From: Salinimicrobium sp.
GTDB taxonomy: Archaea > Thermoplasmatota > Poseidoniia > Poseidoniales > Poseidoniaceae
Reading direction: 5' to 3'
Length of the DNA stretch: 64,000 nt
Assembly: GCA_964228865.1 (NCBI GenBank)
Contig: CAXRAI010000071.1
Location: forward strand, 2,418 to 66,417
The position numbers were made by a program, and so were the translations under genes. Shown in pieces: positions 39,346 through 47,850 of the stretch; the first letter of the stretch is position 1, and each line of letters opens with the position of its first letter. The notes below the pieces were generated by a model. That model was not told the DNA's origin and ran no database searches. It saw only the letters and a list, made by a program, of their open reading frames with translations.

Positions 39346-42087
39346 TCATTCCTTCTTTGCAAAGCGGTACCTGACCTGCTGGGCTTTGTTCAGGTACAGG
39401 ATGGCCGTGAAAGGATTCCCCTTTTTGGAAATCAAGTCCGAGAAGGGTCCAACCTGCCCTTCTGTGATCAACGTGGCCGCCTCTTCACGGGTCAATTCAC
39501 GCTTCGACAATTCACGGGCGATTTGGATTTTGCAACCCGAGCCTGCTTCTTGCGGCTGGAAATGCGTCGGTGTTTCGACGATGGCAACGTTGGTTTTCGG
39601 ACACACGGCGACCACACCTGGAACCACGTCGAATTTGGTTGCGTCAGAGGCGGCTTGTCGAGGGGGGAAATCGTACTCAATTTTCTTGCCGTTTAGGACC
39701 AGATATGCGCTGAAAGGTTTCCCTCGTCGGGAAATGAATCCTTCGAGGAGGGCTGATTTTCCTTCGGTCAGGATGGCGCGTGCTTCCTCTGGGGCGATGA
39801 CACGCTGACACATTTCTGCGCGGATGCCTCGGAACGTGCATTCCTCGGCATCGCACGCGTAGCCGTCATGACCTTGACGAATCGTGCCTGATGTACAGAC
39901 AGGGCAGGCGGCAATGGCTTCGTCCGTGGCCTCGACGCTTCCTGCTCCGTTTCCTTTGGTGGTCACCTTTCCTGCATCGCTAAGGGTCACCGATGCGGTG
40001 TATTCTTCACCCGTCCGGCTAAAGAAACCGTGCAAATCTTCGAGGCTCTTCGCTTCAATCAAACGTGCTGCGGTTGAGCGGTCAAACCAACGCCCTGAAG
40101 TGTCCTTCCAGAAGATGAACTTGCATCCTTCCTCGGCGCCGAGGTTTGCCACGCATTGGTAGGCCAAGGTGGTTTCGCGCACGGGTTCACCGCACGATGG
40201 GCAAGTGGCCAAGTCTTCCTCATCCGCGTACAAAAGCGACCGATCATGGTCCTTGATACGGTGAACCATGGTGGTGGTTCGCTCGACGATGTCGTCCATG
40301 TAGACCGAGCGTTCAATCTGACCGCGCTGGACCTGCAGAAGCCTGTGCTCCATCTCCCCGGTCAACTCAGGTGAAGTGATCCAATCCACGCCGATGCGTC
40401 GGAGCATGTCGATCAGCCGCAAACCGATGGCTGTCGCGCTGATTTGGCCGCTTCGTGCTCGGCGAATGTAGTTGCGATCGATGAGTTTCTCGATGGTCTC
40501 GGCACGGGTGGCGGGGGTGCCAAGGCCCGTGTCCTTCAGGGCCTCAGAGAAATCGTCGTCTTCGACCTGACGGCCCGCGTGTTCCATCAACGACAGGAGG
40601 CGCGCTTCCTTCAATCGACTGGGAGGCTTTGACATCTCCTCGTGGAAGGTCACGTCTTCGAGCTTGGCTTCGGTCCCGTCTTTTATGGCGCCCCACTGTT
40701 CTGGGATGGCTTCCTTCTTGATCTCGATGTGTCGGAAGCCAGGGTCGACAAGATGTTCAACGCTCTTGACGAAATCTTGGGACCCTGCGGTTGCAGTGCG
40801 CGTTTCGACCCTCCATGTTGAGCGGTCGGACCAAGATGCAAGGAAACGCCTGGCGATCAGGTCGAACAATTTCGCATGGTCGGCAGGAAGGGCCTCGCTT
40901 GGAAGCATGCCTGTGGGGACGATGGCGTAGTGGTCGCTGACCTTGGCATCGTTGAAATTCCGGTCGGCGTTTCGCAGACCCTCGGATTGGAGACGCCCAA
41001 CATGGGCGGTGTATTCTTTGATGCCGCCAAGCGTTTCGATGATTTCGTTGACCTTCTCCGTCATGTCAGAGGGCAGGTATTGCGAATCTGTACGGGGATA
41101 CGTCGTGACCTTGTACCGGTCGTAGAGGTCTTGAGCCACGCTCAAGGTTCTCCGTGAGGGCCATGACCAGAGGCTGTTGGCTCTGCGCTGCAGACTGGTC
41201 AAATCAAAATTCAACGGTGCGCGCTCATGCTTCGGCCTTTCTTCCACCGTCACGGTGGTGGTTGGCGCCCCTGCCAGGTCGGCCTCGACGGCGTTCTTTT
41301 CCTCAAGGTCCAAGATGCGGTTGGCTTTGTATTCTGGACGCTCTTCGTCCGCTTTGTGGTCGCGACGAACCCATCGGGCAGACCACATTGCACCATCGGC
41401 GTGCACGTCGGCCGTGATGTTCCAGAAGGGTTCCGGCACGTAACTCAAGATCCGATGCTCTTCATCTGCAATCATGGCCAGGGTCGCAGTTTGAACCCTA
41501 CCAAGGCTGATGGTGGTGCGTTCACGACGTCCTTTCAGGAAGGTGTTTCCCACACGTGAACCGTTCATACCGATGATCCAATCCGCTTCAGAACGGGAGC
41601 GTGCTGCTGCTCCCAAGTTGTCGAAGGAGGTGCTGGGTTGACGGCTTTCCCAAGCCGTTGTAATGGCATTGGAGGTCATGGATTGGAGCCACATCCTGGA
41701 CGTGGGGGCTTTTGCTCCGGTGTGCTCGATGATGCTCCTGAAAATGAGTTCACCTTCTCGAGCAGCGTCACACGCGTTGACAATTTCAGTGACTTCTTTC
41801 GACGTGACTCGCTTTTTGATGGCGCTGAGCACCTTCCGGTTGCGCCCTCCTTTGGCTTTGTATTCGAACGGATCTGGGACGATGGGGAGCCTGTCGATGG
41901 TTTTTCGCCAGTTCTTGAACTCGGCGTCGTAGTCTTCTGGGAATTTCTGTTCGACCAAATGGCCGATGGCCCAGGTCACCACAAGGTCATCCCCGAGCCA
42001 AGCGTCGTCGGCCTTTTTGGTGGCTCCGAGCACCTTGGCAATGTCGTCTGCAACGCTGGGTTTCTCCGCGATGACGACGACGGTCAT
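39346..42087 (-). CDS. topA: type IA DNA topoisomerase (topoisomerase III-like) with Zn ribbons and C-terminal repeats
   Basis: The Toprim N-terminus is VVIAEKPSVADDIAKVLG. The catalytic Tyr context is VTTYPRTDSQYL. Zn-ribbon motifs CPSCG and CPVC are present. There are two C-terminal repeats (ISRRGKPFSAYLVLNGKK... and ISKKGNPFTAILYLNKAQ...). Confidence 0.92.
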   Translation of the reverse strand: MTVVVIAEKPSVADDIAKVLGATKKADDAWLGDDLVVTWAIGHLVEQKFPEDYDAEFKNWRKTIDRLPIVPDPFEYKAKGGRNRKVLSAIKKRVTSKEVTEIVNACDAAREGELIFRSIIEHTGAKAPTSRMWLQSMTSNAITTAWESRQPSTSFDNLGAAARSRSEADWIIGMNGSRVGNTFLKGRRERTTISLGRVQTATLAMIADEEHRILSYVPEPFWNITADVHADGAMWSARWVRRDHKADEERPEYKANRILDLEEKNAVEADLAGAPTTTVTVEERPKHERAPLNFDLTSLQRRANSLWSWPSRRTLSVAQDLYDRYKVTTYPRTDSQYLPSDMTEKVNEIIETLGGIKEYTAHVGRLQSEGLRNADRNFNDAKVSDHYAIVPTGMLPSEALPADHAKLFDLIARRFLASWSDRSTWRVETRTATAGSQDFVKSVEHLVDPGFRHIEIKKEAIPEQWGAIKDGTEAKLEDVTFHEEMSKPPSRLKEARLLSLMEHAGRQVEDDDFSEALKDTGLGTPATRAETIEKLIDRNYIRRARSGQISATAIGLRLIDMLRRIGVDWITSPELTGEMEHRLLQVQRGQIERSVYMDDIVERTTTMVHRIKDHDRSLLYADEEDLATCPSCGEPVRETTLAYQCVANLGAEEGCKFIFWKDTSGRWFDRSTAARLIEAKSLEDLHGFFSRTGEEYTASVTLSDAGKVTTKGNGAGSVEATDEAIAACPVCTSGTIRQGHDGYACDAEECTFRGIRAEMCQRVIAPEEARAILTEGKSALLEGFISRRGKPFSAYLVLNGKKIEYDFPPRQAASDATKFDVVPGVVAVCPKTNVAIVETPTHFQPQEAGSGCKIQIARELSKRELTREEAATLITEGQVGPFSDLISKKGNPFTAILYLNKAQQVRYRFAKKE

Positions 42088-42109
42088 GATTGGGTCGGCC
42101 CCGTCGAGC

Positions 42110-42538
42110 CTACTTGAACGATGTTGTGACCTGCCGGCTTCGCCAAGCCTCCTCGTCCCAAGGGTCCTCTAACCCCGGGCCTCCACATCCAAGGCACCCG
42201 GGATATCCCGCCTCAAGAAGCGAATGTGCCATGGTCGCAACGTCTTGGAAACTCACGCCGTGATGGCCTTCTGAGCTGAACAACAAGCAGCGATGGTCCG
42301 CGGTGTGTTCCCACGTCACGAGGGGAAGGTCAAGTTCCGTGTCGCGAATGCACACGGATGTGGAGGGGTAAACGTCTGGGAGTTCCAACCGCCCAGGATT
42401 GGTGTCGCTGATCGCCGACACAAGCCGGTGTGCCGCCTCGAGGTCCACTTCCAAGACTTCGAACGCCACGCTGGTTGTACGAAGCATGCGGCGAGCGGCC
42501 TCCCGGACCGCCGGCCACCGCACGTCATCTGGGCGCAT
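42110..42538 (-). CDS. hypothetical protein (142 aa)
   Basis: The ORF was trimmed to ATG 42538, because the track start at 42823 would overlap pyrD by 240 nt. It lies 22 nt upstream of topA on the same strand. No motif was recognised apart from the C-terminal GYPGCLGCGGPG. Confidence 0.4.
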   Translation of the reverse strand: MRPDDVRWPAVREAARRMLRTTSVAFEVLEVDLEAAHRLVSAISDTNPGRLELPDVYPSTSVCIRDTELDLPLVTWEHTADHRCLLFSSEGHHGVSFQDVATMAHSLLEAGYPGCLGCGGPGLEDPWDEEAWRSRQVTTSFK

Positions 42539-42582
42539 AGCCCCACGAGAAGCCCGTAAGGCTTGAAGGATGCCCGTGAACG

Positions 42583-43662
42583 GTGATGGGCATGGGTTGG
42601 GCGTACCGCACCTTCGTCCGGCCCGTCCAACGTTTGCAAAGCAGTGAGGGTGCACATGGGCGAGCGCTTCGCATGCTCCGCCTTGCGTCAGCGACGGGCG
42701 CAGGCCGAACCGCGTTGCGGACCCTGTACCGGCCACGGAACGCAAAACCTGTCGAAGTGTGGGGGCTGACGTTCCCGAACGCGTTTGGTCTTGCAGCGGG
42801 CATGGACAAACGCGCCGAAGCATTACGAGGCTGGTCCAGCATCGGATTCGGTTTCATCGAGATTGGTGGCGTGACCATGCATGCCCAAGACGGCAATCCA
42901 AAGCCTCGCATGTTCAGGGACGATCGCTCTCGCTCCCTCATCAACCGGATGGGTTTCAACAACGACGGATCTGAAGCGGTTGCGCAACGAATTCGGAAAG
43001 ACCTCGCCCGCAAAGGTCCGTTGCCCTGCCCGCTTTTTGCCAACCTTGGGAAGTCAAAAATCACGCCAAATGAAGACGCGCTGCTTGATTACGTCACGTC
43101 GATGGAGCGCCTTCACGACGTGGTGGACGGTTATGTGGTCAACGTTTCATCTCCAAACACCCCGAACCTTCGGGATTTGCAACACGAAGAGGCGCTGAAG
43201 GGGTTGCTGGAGGGGTTGGCACAGCGGCTGAATGTTCTGAACGATGCCGTTCCAACTCCTCGGCCAATGCTCGTCAAATTTGCACCTGACCTCGCCATTG
43301 AAGGGCTCCTTCGCTTGGTGGATGTGGCGCGCGAAGCCGGTGCTGACGGTGTTGTCTTGACCAACACCACCGTTGAACGTGGCCCTCCAAGCCACCCGTC
43401 TCACGCACGGTTTTTGGCGGAAAAAGGCGGTCTATCGGGTGCACCCCTGAAAGAACGGAGTACCGCCATGATACGTGCTGTTCACGAGCACACGGGTGGC
43501 ACTTGGCCGATCATAGGCGTGGGTGGCATATCCACCGCGGCGGATGCAAGGGAGAAATTGGACGCCGGAGCCACGCTCCTCCAAGCGTATTCCGCTTTTG
43601 TCTTCGAAGGACCCTCCCTGGTTCGGTCCGTGGTGGATGGTCTGGACAAAACGTCGCCTTGA
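42583..43662 (+). CDS. pyrD: dihydroorotate dehydrogenase (quinone), class 2
   Basis: Family motifs are present: FPNAFGLAAGMDK, GFGFIEIGGVT, NRMGFNN, ANLGKSK, NVSSPNTPNLR and IIGVGGI. Confidence 0.92.
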   Translation: MMGMGWAYRTFVRPVQRLQSSEGAHGRALRMLRLASATGAGRTALRTLYRPRNAKPVEVWGLTFPNAFGLAAGMDKRAEALRGWSSIGFGFIEIGGVTMHAQDGNPKPRMFRDDRSRSLINRMGFNNDGSEAVAQRIRKDLARKGPLPCPLFANLGKSKITPNEDALLDYVTSMERLHDVVDGYVVNVSSPNTPNLRDLQHEEALKGLLEGLAQRLNVLNDAVPTPRPMLVKFAPDLAIEGLLRLVDVAREAGADGVVLTNTTVERGPPSHPSHARFLAEKGGLSGAPLKERSTAMIRAVHEHTGGTWPIIGVGGISTAADAREKLDAGATLLQAYSAFVFEGPSLVRSVVDGLDKTSP

Positions 43663-43687
43663 TAGGCGACTCCTCCGACCCCACACC

Positions 43688-44074
43688 ATGCTGACCCGCC
43701 GGGTCAAATTACTCCTGACCGGGGCGGTCATCACCCTTGGTCTTCTCGCAACGATCCTCGTTGATGCACCAGCACCCACGATGACCGTGGACGAATTGAT
43801 CGCGGAAGCCTCAGAAGGTCGTGATGTCGCCGTGCGAGGAGAAGTCCTCGACGGGAGCATCGACAACGGGACATCGAGTTTTGTGTTGGAAGGTGAATCG
43901 GCGACCCTGACCGTTTCCTTCCTCGACGCGACCGTCTCCAATGGCTTGGGCGACAACAGGACCGTGTATGCCGAGGGAACCCTCACACAAACCGCCGATG
44001 GATGGGTGCTTGAAGCCACGACCATCAAGACATCCTGCCCTTCAAAGTACGAAGAAGAAGCGACGACTGATTGA
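43688..44074 (+). CDS. ccmE: CcmE-like haem chaperone, Cys-type (CxxxY) variant
   Basis: It has an N-terminal TM anchor and then a CcmE-like OB-fold layout (VAVRGEVLDGS...FVLEG...LTVSF...VYAEGTL). It ends in KTSCPSKYE. The CPSKY at 44036-44050 replaces the bacterial HxxxY haem-binding motif. Confidence 0.6.
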   Translation: MLTRRVKLLLTGAVITLGLLATILVDAPAPTMTVDELIAEASEGRDVAVRGEVLDGSIDNGTSSFVLEGESATLTVSFLDATVSNGLGDNRTVYAEGTLTQTADGWVLEATTIKTSCPSKYEEEATTD

Positions 44075-44080
44075 AATAGA
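44071..44080 (+). promoter_or_regulatory. possible TATA-like box for the SRP RNA gene
   Basis: This is the only AT-rich stretch (TTGAAATAGA) in the gap. It is centred about 25 nt upstream of the predicted 5' G of the 7S RNA. Confidence 0.3.
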
Positions 44081-44098
44081 GTCAGCGTGACGCCAAAC

Positions 44099-44406
44099 TG
44101 GGATAGGTGGGGGGCTCGGCGTACCCTGTACCGCACATCGTCGTCATGGCGGACCGAATGCCCCGGGGCGGCGAACCCGACCCGTGGTCTCCCGCTTGCG
44201 GACGTTGATGTCTCGCCACCACATGACCCGGGTGCCATGAACCGTCTCCGGAGGGAGACGGGAATCGGATAACCGGGGGAACAGGTCAGGCCGGGAACGG
44301 AGCAGCCCTACCTGGGGCCATGGGTGCTGTGGGGATCCGGGATGGAGGAAGCCAGCGGATTAGGGCCATGGGGACGAGCGTCCACCCGGGGCGCGCCCAC
44401 CTCAAA
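44099..44406 (+). ncRNA. ffs: signal recognition particle RNA (archaeal 7S RNA), ends approximate
   Basis: The 5' GGAUAGGUGGGGGGCUCGGCGUACCCUGUACC resembles the conserved archaeal 7S 5' domain. The helix-8 SRP54-binding motif GGUCAGGCCGGGAACGGAGCAGCC lies at 44284-44307. The 3' CCCACCUC can pair with the 5' GGUGGG. The interval of about 300 nt has no credible ORF. Confidence 0.8.
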
Positions 44407-44890
44407 CATCCAGCAGGACGTCGGCGTACCAGGCTGGTCCCACCAACGTTGGCATGCCTTCGCCGATTCCTGGTAGGCTCTCGCCCGGTTCAAGCCGTGA
44501 GAGAATGAGGCCATGGCTGCTGACCGCCTTGACTTCCACGCCGCGGTCCAAGTCCTTCGCGTCGACGTACGAGACCATGGCATGTACGCTCGCATGATCT
44601 TGGTGTTCTGCCAACTTCACGTCAGCCGTCAACATCCAACGTCCCTTCGTCTGAGCCTGATACAAGACCTCATCCAACCAAGCGAGAAGAAGAAGTTCGG
44701 CGTCGACACGTCCCTCCTTGGCGTCCAGCATGGCCGTCCATTCCCCATGCAACACCCGAGCGGTCGTGGTGCCCGTCACGTCCATGGCGGCCAACAGGCC
44801 CAAGCCAGCCTCAGCGAACACACGCTCTTGTGTGGGCGCCATGGCACGCAGGCCGAGGTCTGCCGTGGTTGGCCAAATCCAGTGGCTCAC
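44402..44890 (-). CDS. archease (RtcB activator/chaperone)
   Basis: The N-terminal TTADLGLRA matches the HTADxG motif. The acidic LLLAWLDEVLY segment, EVKAVSSHGL and the C-terminal DVLLDV are also present. GTG 44890 lies 4 nt after the upstream gene stop; the ORF-track start at 44944 overlaps that gene. Confidence 0.85.
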   Translation of the reverse strand: MSHWIWPTTADLGLRAMAPTQERVFAEAGLGLLAAMDVTGTTTARVLHGEWTAMLDAKEGRVDAELLLLAWLDEVLYQAQTKGRWMLTADVKLAEHQDHASVHAMVSYVDAKDLDRGVEVKAVSSHGLILSRLEPGESLPGIGEGMPTLVGPAWYADVLLDV

Positions 44891-44894
44891 GCGC

Positions 44895-45956
44895 TCACCG
44901 TTTCGAAATCTGCAGGTTCCAAGCCGTTTCCCGCATCCGTTCAATCAAGTCATCCCTGGTCAACACGAAGCGGTCAGTTCGATCGGCGCCAAGGATGCAT
45001 TCTGAAGCGGCATTCGCCATCAAAGCGGTCGCTTGCACGTCCATGCCTGTGGCCACCGCAGCGGTAATGGCAACAGCGGCCGCATCGATGAGGCCGATCA
45101 TCTGCTTGAGTTCGGTGAGGGTGCAATCGACGTGTGCATCTTCACCTTCCTGACCGTAAATCGTCACACCAGTGGACCCTTCGAGCACAAGGAGGTGCCC
45201 CCAGCCATGTTCTTCCAACAGCCCGTGGGCTGCTTGGGCAGGGTTGTCCGCGCCCAACCTTCGGCGCATCAATTCCAAACCTTGGGATTGCATGACCACC
45301 CAAGCCACGCCCTGCGTCCGGTGAAAACCGGTCAATTTTGGATCTGCGATGACCGGCACACCTGCAGCATTGGCACGTTCAATCAGGCGTGCGGCTCCTT
45401 CGTCCGTCACCACGCCTTGGCCGTAATCGGAGAGAATGACCGCCGCTGCGCCTTCGACTTGTTCACACGCCAAGTCGTACATTGCATCAAGGGCGGGTCC
45501 TGGCATCGGTTCGTCTGCTTCGATGTCCCAACGAAGCATCAGTTGTTCATCCCGAACAAGGTTCTGCCGGGTGGCCAGCAGCCTTGTTTTCACCGTCGTG
45601 ATTCGTCCTTCAACGATGCTGATGGTGTCGGTGTTGACGCCTTCCTCGTTCAGGTACTCCAACACGCTCACGCCAGCGGTGTCGTCACCTACGACGCCAA
45701 ACAAGCACGGTTTGAAACCAAGCGACACCAGTCCACGGGCCACGTGGGCTGCAGCCCCTACGGCTTCTTCTCGACGTGTTTCCTTGAGCACAGGAACAGG
45801 GGCTCTCGTGTTGAGGTTGTCAGCGAAACCGTGGATGTAACGGTCCATCATGATGTCACCCACCAACACCACGTTGGTGGACGGCAGGTTCCCAAGGGTG
45901 CCAATGATGGACGTCAACCGGTCATGAGCGTCCATTTCTGAGTCGGTCATCCCCAT
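44895..45956 (-). CDS. PfkB-family sugar kinase, RfaE domain-I-like
   Basis: VVLVGDIMMDRYIHGFADNLNTRAPVPVLKE matches the RfaE/HldE kinase N-terminus. The C-terminal ANAASECILGA segment is typical of PfkB kinases. Confidence 0.78.
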   Translation of the reverse strand: MGMTDSEMDAHDRLTSIIGTLGNLPSTNVVLVGDIMMDRYIHGFADNLNTRAPVPVLKETRREEAVGAAAHVARGLVSLGFKPCLFGVVGDDTAGVSVLEYLNEEGVNTDTISIVEGRITTVKTRLLATRQNLVRDEQLMLRWDIEADEPMPGPALDAMYDLACEQVEGAAAVILSDYGQGVVTDEGAARLIERANAAGVPVIADPKLTGFHRTQGVAWVVMQSQGLELMRRRLGADNPAQAAHGLLEEHGWGHLLVLEGSTGVTIYGQEGEDAHVDCTLTELKQMIGLIDAAAVAITAAVATGMDVQATALMANAASECILGADRTDRFVLTRDDLIERMRETAWNLQISKR

Positions 45957-45977
45957 GGAACGTACCCTGCGCCCACA

Positions 45978-46694
45978 TCATTTCATCATGTCGTGGAGCA
46001 AATTCACCACGTGCGCTTTCAAAGAGGCGCCAAACGGCCCAAGTTCCTGACGCAACGTGGTCAACATGGCTTCTTCATCATCGCTGATGACGCCATCGTT
46101 CAATGCCGTGTCCAAGCACGACAAAAACACGGCTTCTGGGCCGTCAAGCGTGATTGGAGGTTCATCGACGAGGACGTTGGCCTCCTGCATCATCTGCCCA
46201 AGCTCATGGCCTGTGCATCCAAGCATCCGTGCCGCAACCTCTTGCATGGCCCTGCTCGATCGGTGCTCCAAGTCATGCTGAGGTGCTTGGCCCCTTGATG
46301 ATGTGATGTGCTGCATCCGCCCGTCATCGATGATGTCCAGGGTGCGTTCGAATCCTTGCGCTGTTTCGGTCGTGTGGTTTCGATGAACCTCTCGAAGGCG
46401 TTCGACCTCGACAAAGCCCGAACCAGAAAGGACGTGCACACGAACACGTTGCCGCCTTCCATCCACGTGTTTCAACACAAGGTTCACCCATCCCTTCTCC
46501 ACGAGGCGGCGCAAGGCTCGAGGGATGTGTTTTCGCTGGATTCCGATGGCTGAAGCAATTCCAGTTTGCGTTTGTTCTTCTGGTGCTGCACCTCGTCCAG
46601 CAGGATCCACATGTTGCAAGTGAAGCAGAAGCCGTTCCAAGACCGGAAGGGTTTGGCTTCCGGCGCTCATGGCCCGAAGGAGCGTCGATGGCAT
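45978..46694 (-). CDS. winged-helix transcription regulator-like protein
   Basis: The wHTH pattern is TQTGIASAIGIQRKHIPRALRRLVEKGWV...RRQRVRVHVLSGSG. The C-terminal region contains LNDGVISDDEEAMLTTLRQELG (TerB-like motif). Confidence 0.55.
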   Translation of the reverse strand: MPSTLLRAMSAGSQTLPVLERLLLHLQHVDPAGRGAAPEEQTQTGIASAIGIQRKHIPRALRRLVEKGWVNLVLKHVDGRRQRVRVHVLSGSGFVEVERLREVHRNHTTETAQGFERTLDIIDDGRMQHITSSRGQAPQHDLEHRSSRAMQEVAARMLGCTGHELGQMMQEANVLVDEPPITLDGPEAVFLSCLDTALNDGVISDDEEAMLTTLRQELGPFGASLKAHVVNLLHDMMK

Positions 46695-46743
46695 AGGAAT
46701 CTTCCTCCGTTTCGTCTATGAGTGGGCGCCGTCAGGACGATGC

Positions 46744-47850
46744 ATGGCGGGTCGTGATCTTCGGCCTCGCCCTCGCCCTCAACGCCCTCTTGGGAGCCGC
46801 CCAGAGGGGCCACGCGAACGTTGGGCTCCGCCGGAGGAACACGAGCAAGGTTGGGTGGTTCCTGCGAAGCTTGGCCAGCGGTTGTACGAAAAAAGCAGGC
46901 TTGGGCAACGGTTGCAGGACGGCAGGGTCGTTCTCTCACCTGAAGAGGTCCTCTTTTGCCATTGGAATCGGCATCTCGCGCTTCCGTTCGATGGATGGCT
47001 TGAGGAAGCGTTGACCAAGGACCCCCACCTCCTTCAACGTGCCGTGGTCCTCGACGTAGCCAGATCTGGTGGTGAGGTCCTCGTCCTCAATGTTCCAACA
47101 GAACCGCGTTGGGGCCTTCGTTGGTCGAGGCATTCCAAACCCCCTGCGCCAGCGGAGGCCAACGCGGATTGGTCCACATCCACAGCGGACGTGAATTGGA
47201 AGGGCGTGTTGGAGGACGCCATCAACGACGACAGGTCAGGTCTTCTGAGCGAGTGGTACATCGTCGATGAAGAGTTGGACGTGACGATGTACCATGTCCA
47301 TCCGGTTCAGTTTACAGGTGCCCTCCAACCATGGTCACGACTTGATCCGAGGCAACGTGGACTCTTGGAAGAGGCCTGGAAGGTCAAGGTCGCATGCGGT
47401 GACGGCTACCGACTGCCCCTCATTGACGGAGGTTGGCCATGGCCACAAGTTGGAACCACCCACGCTTCCGGTCGCCAATTGAACGCAGAAGAATCGGCCA
47501 TCATGGCGCATCATGTGGACGGTGAGGACCTGAATCCTACCGCTCAGAAGGCCCAGTTGCTCATGGAGGCAGGCGTCATGCTTCGTCCGGGATTCAAGTA
47601 CGGCTGCAGATGGCGCGCTTACGACGATGAAATCGATGTTTCCCACGCCCCTTGGTTGGTGCAAACCGATGACCAACGGCCTGTCCGTTGGCAAGAAGTC
47701 TGCCTCGCTGTCCGCCTTGCAGAGGGCGTCAACAAAATTTGGGTCACCGAAGTGAACGGTCATTGGTTGGCGGTTCGACGTGCGCTTCCCGGTCGGCCTG
47801 CGCAAGGTCGGCATGTACGTCAAGCGGCCGACCCCACGGATCCAAACTGA
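46744..47850 (+). CDS. endA: tRNA-splicing endonuclease, two-unit (alpha-prime-2 type)
   Basis: The C-terminal catalytic unit is RPGFKYGCRWRAYDDEIDVSHAPWLV...VRLAEGVNK. The N-terminal unit is degenerate (LYEKSRLGQRLQDGRVVLSPEEVLF). ATG 46744 was chosen because the track start at 46669 overlaps the divergent regulator start. Confidence 0.8.
   Translation: MAGRDLRPRPRPQRPLGSRPEGPRERWAPPEEHEQGWVVPAKLGQRLYEKSRLGQRLQDGRVVLSPEEVLFCHWNRHLALPFDGWLEEALTKDPHLLQRAVVLDVARSGGEVLVLNVPTEPRWGLRWSRHSKPPAPAEANADWSTSTADVNWKGVLEDAINDDRSGLLSEWYIVDEELDVTMYHVHPVQFTGALQPWSRLDPRQRGLLEEAWKVKVACGDGYRLPLIDGGWPWPQVGTTHASGRQLNAEESAIMAHHVDGEDLNPTAQKAQLLMEAGVMLRPGFKYGCRWRAYDDEIDVSHAPWLVQTDDQRPVRWQEVCLAVRLAEGVNKIWVTEVNGHWLAVRRALPGRPAQGRHVRQAADPTDPN

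Noticed and set aside
42539-42823. N-terminal 95-aa extension of ORF 42110..42823
   Set aside because: It would overlap the well-supported pyrD gene by 240 nt on the opposite strand, and the extension is Arg/Gly/Pro-rich. I trimmed the ORF to ATG 42538.
44308-44595. ORFs 44308..44595(-), 44320..44508(+) and 44087..44272(+)
   Set aside because: They overlay the SRP RNA gene (or the archease gene on its antisense strand). None shows protein-like features.
45087-45098. Apparent loss of the PfkB GAGD catalytic motif in the RfaE-like kinase
   Set aside because: Re-aligning from the conserved ANAA segment backwards puts GLID opposite GAGD. The catalytic Asp is therefore retained and only the glycines differ, which is not enough to call the kinase inactive.
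45033-45941. 302-aa plus-strand ORF opposite the PfkB kinase
   Set aside because: The minus strand matches the RfaE/PfkB pattern along its whole length. The plus-strand product has no recognisable features.
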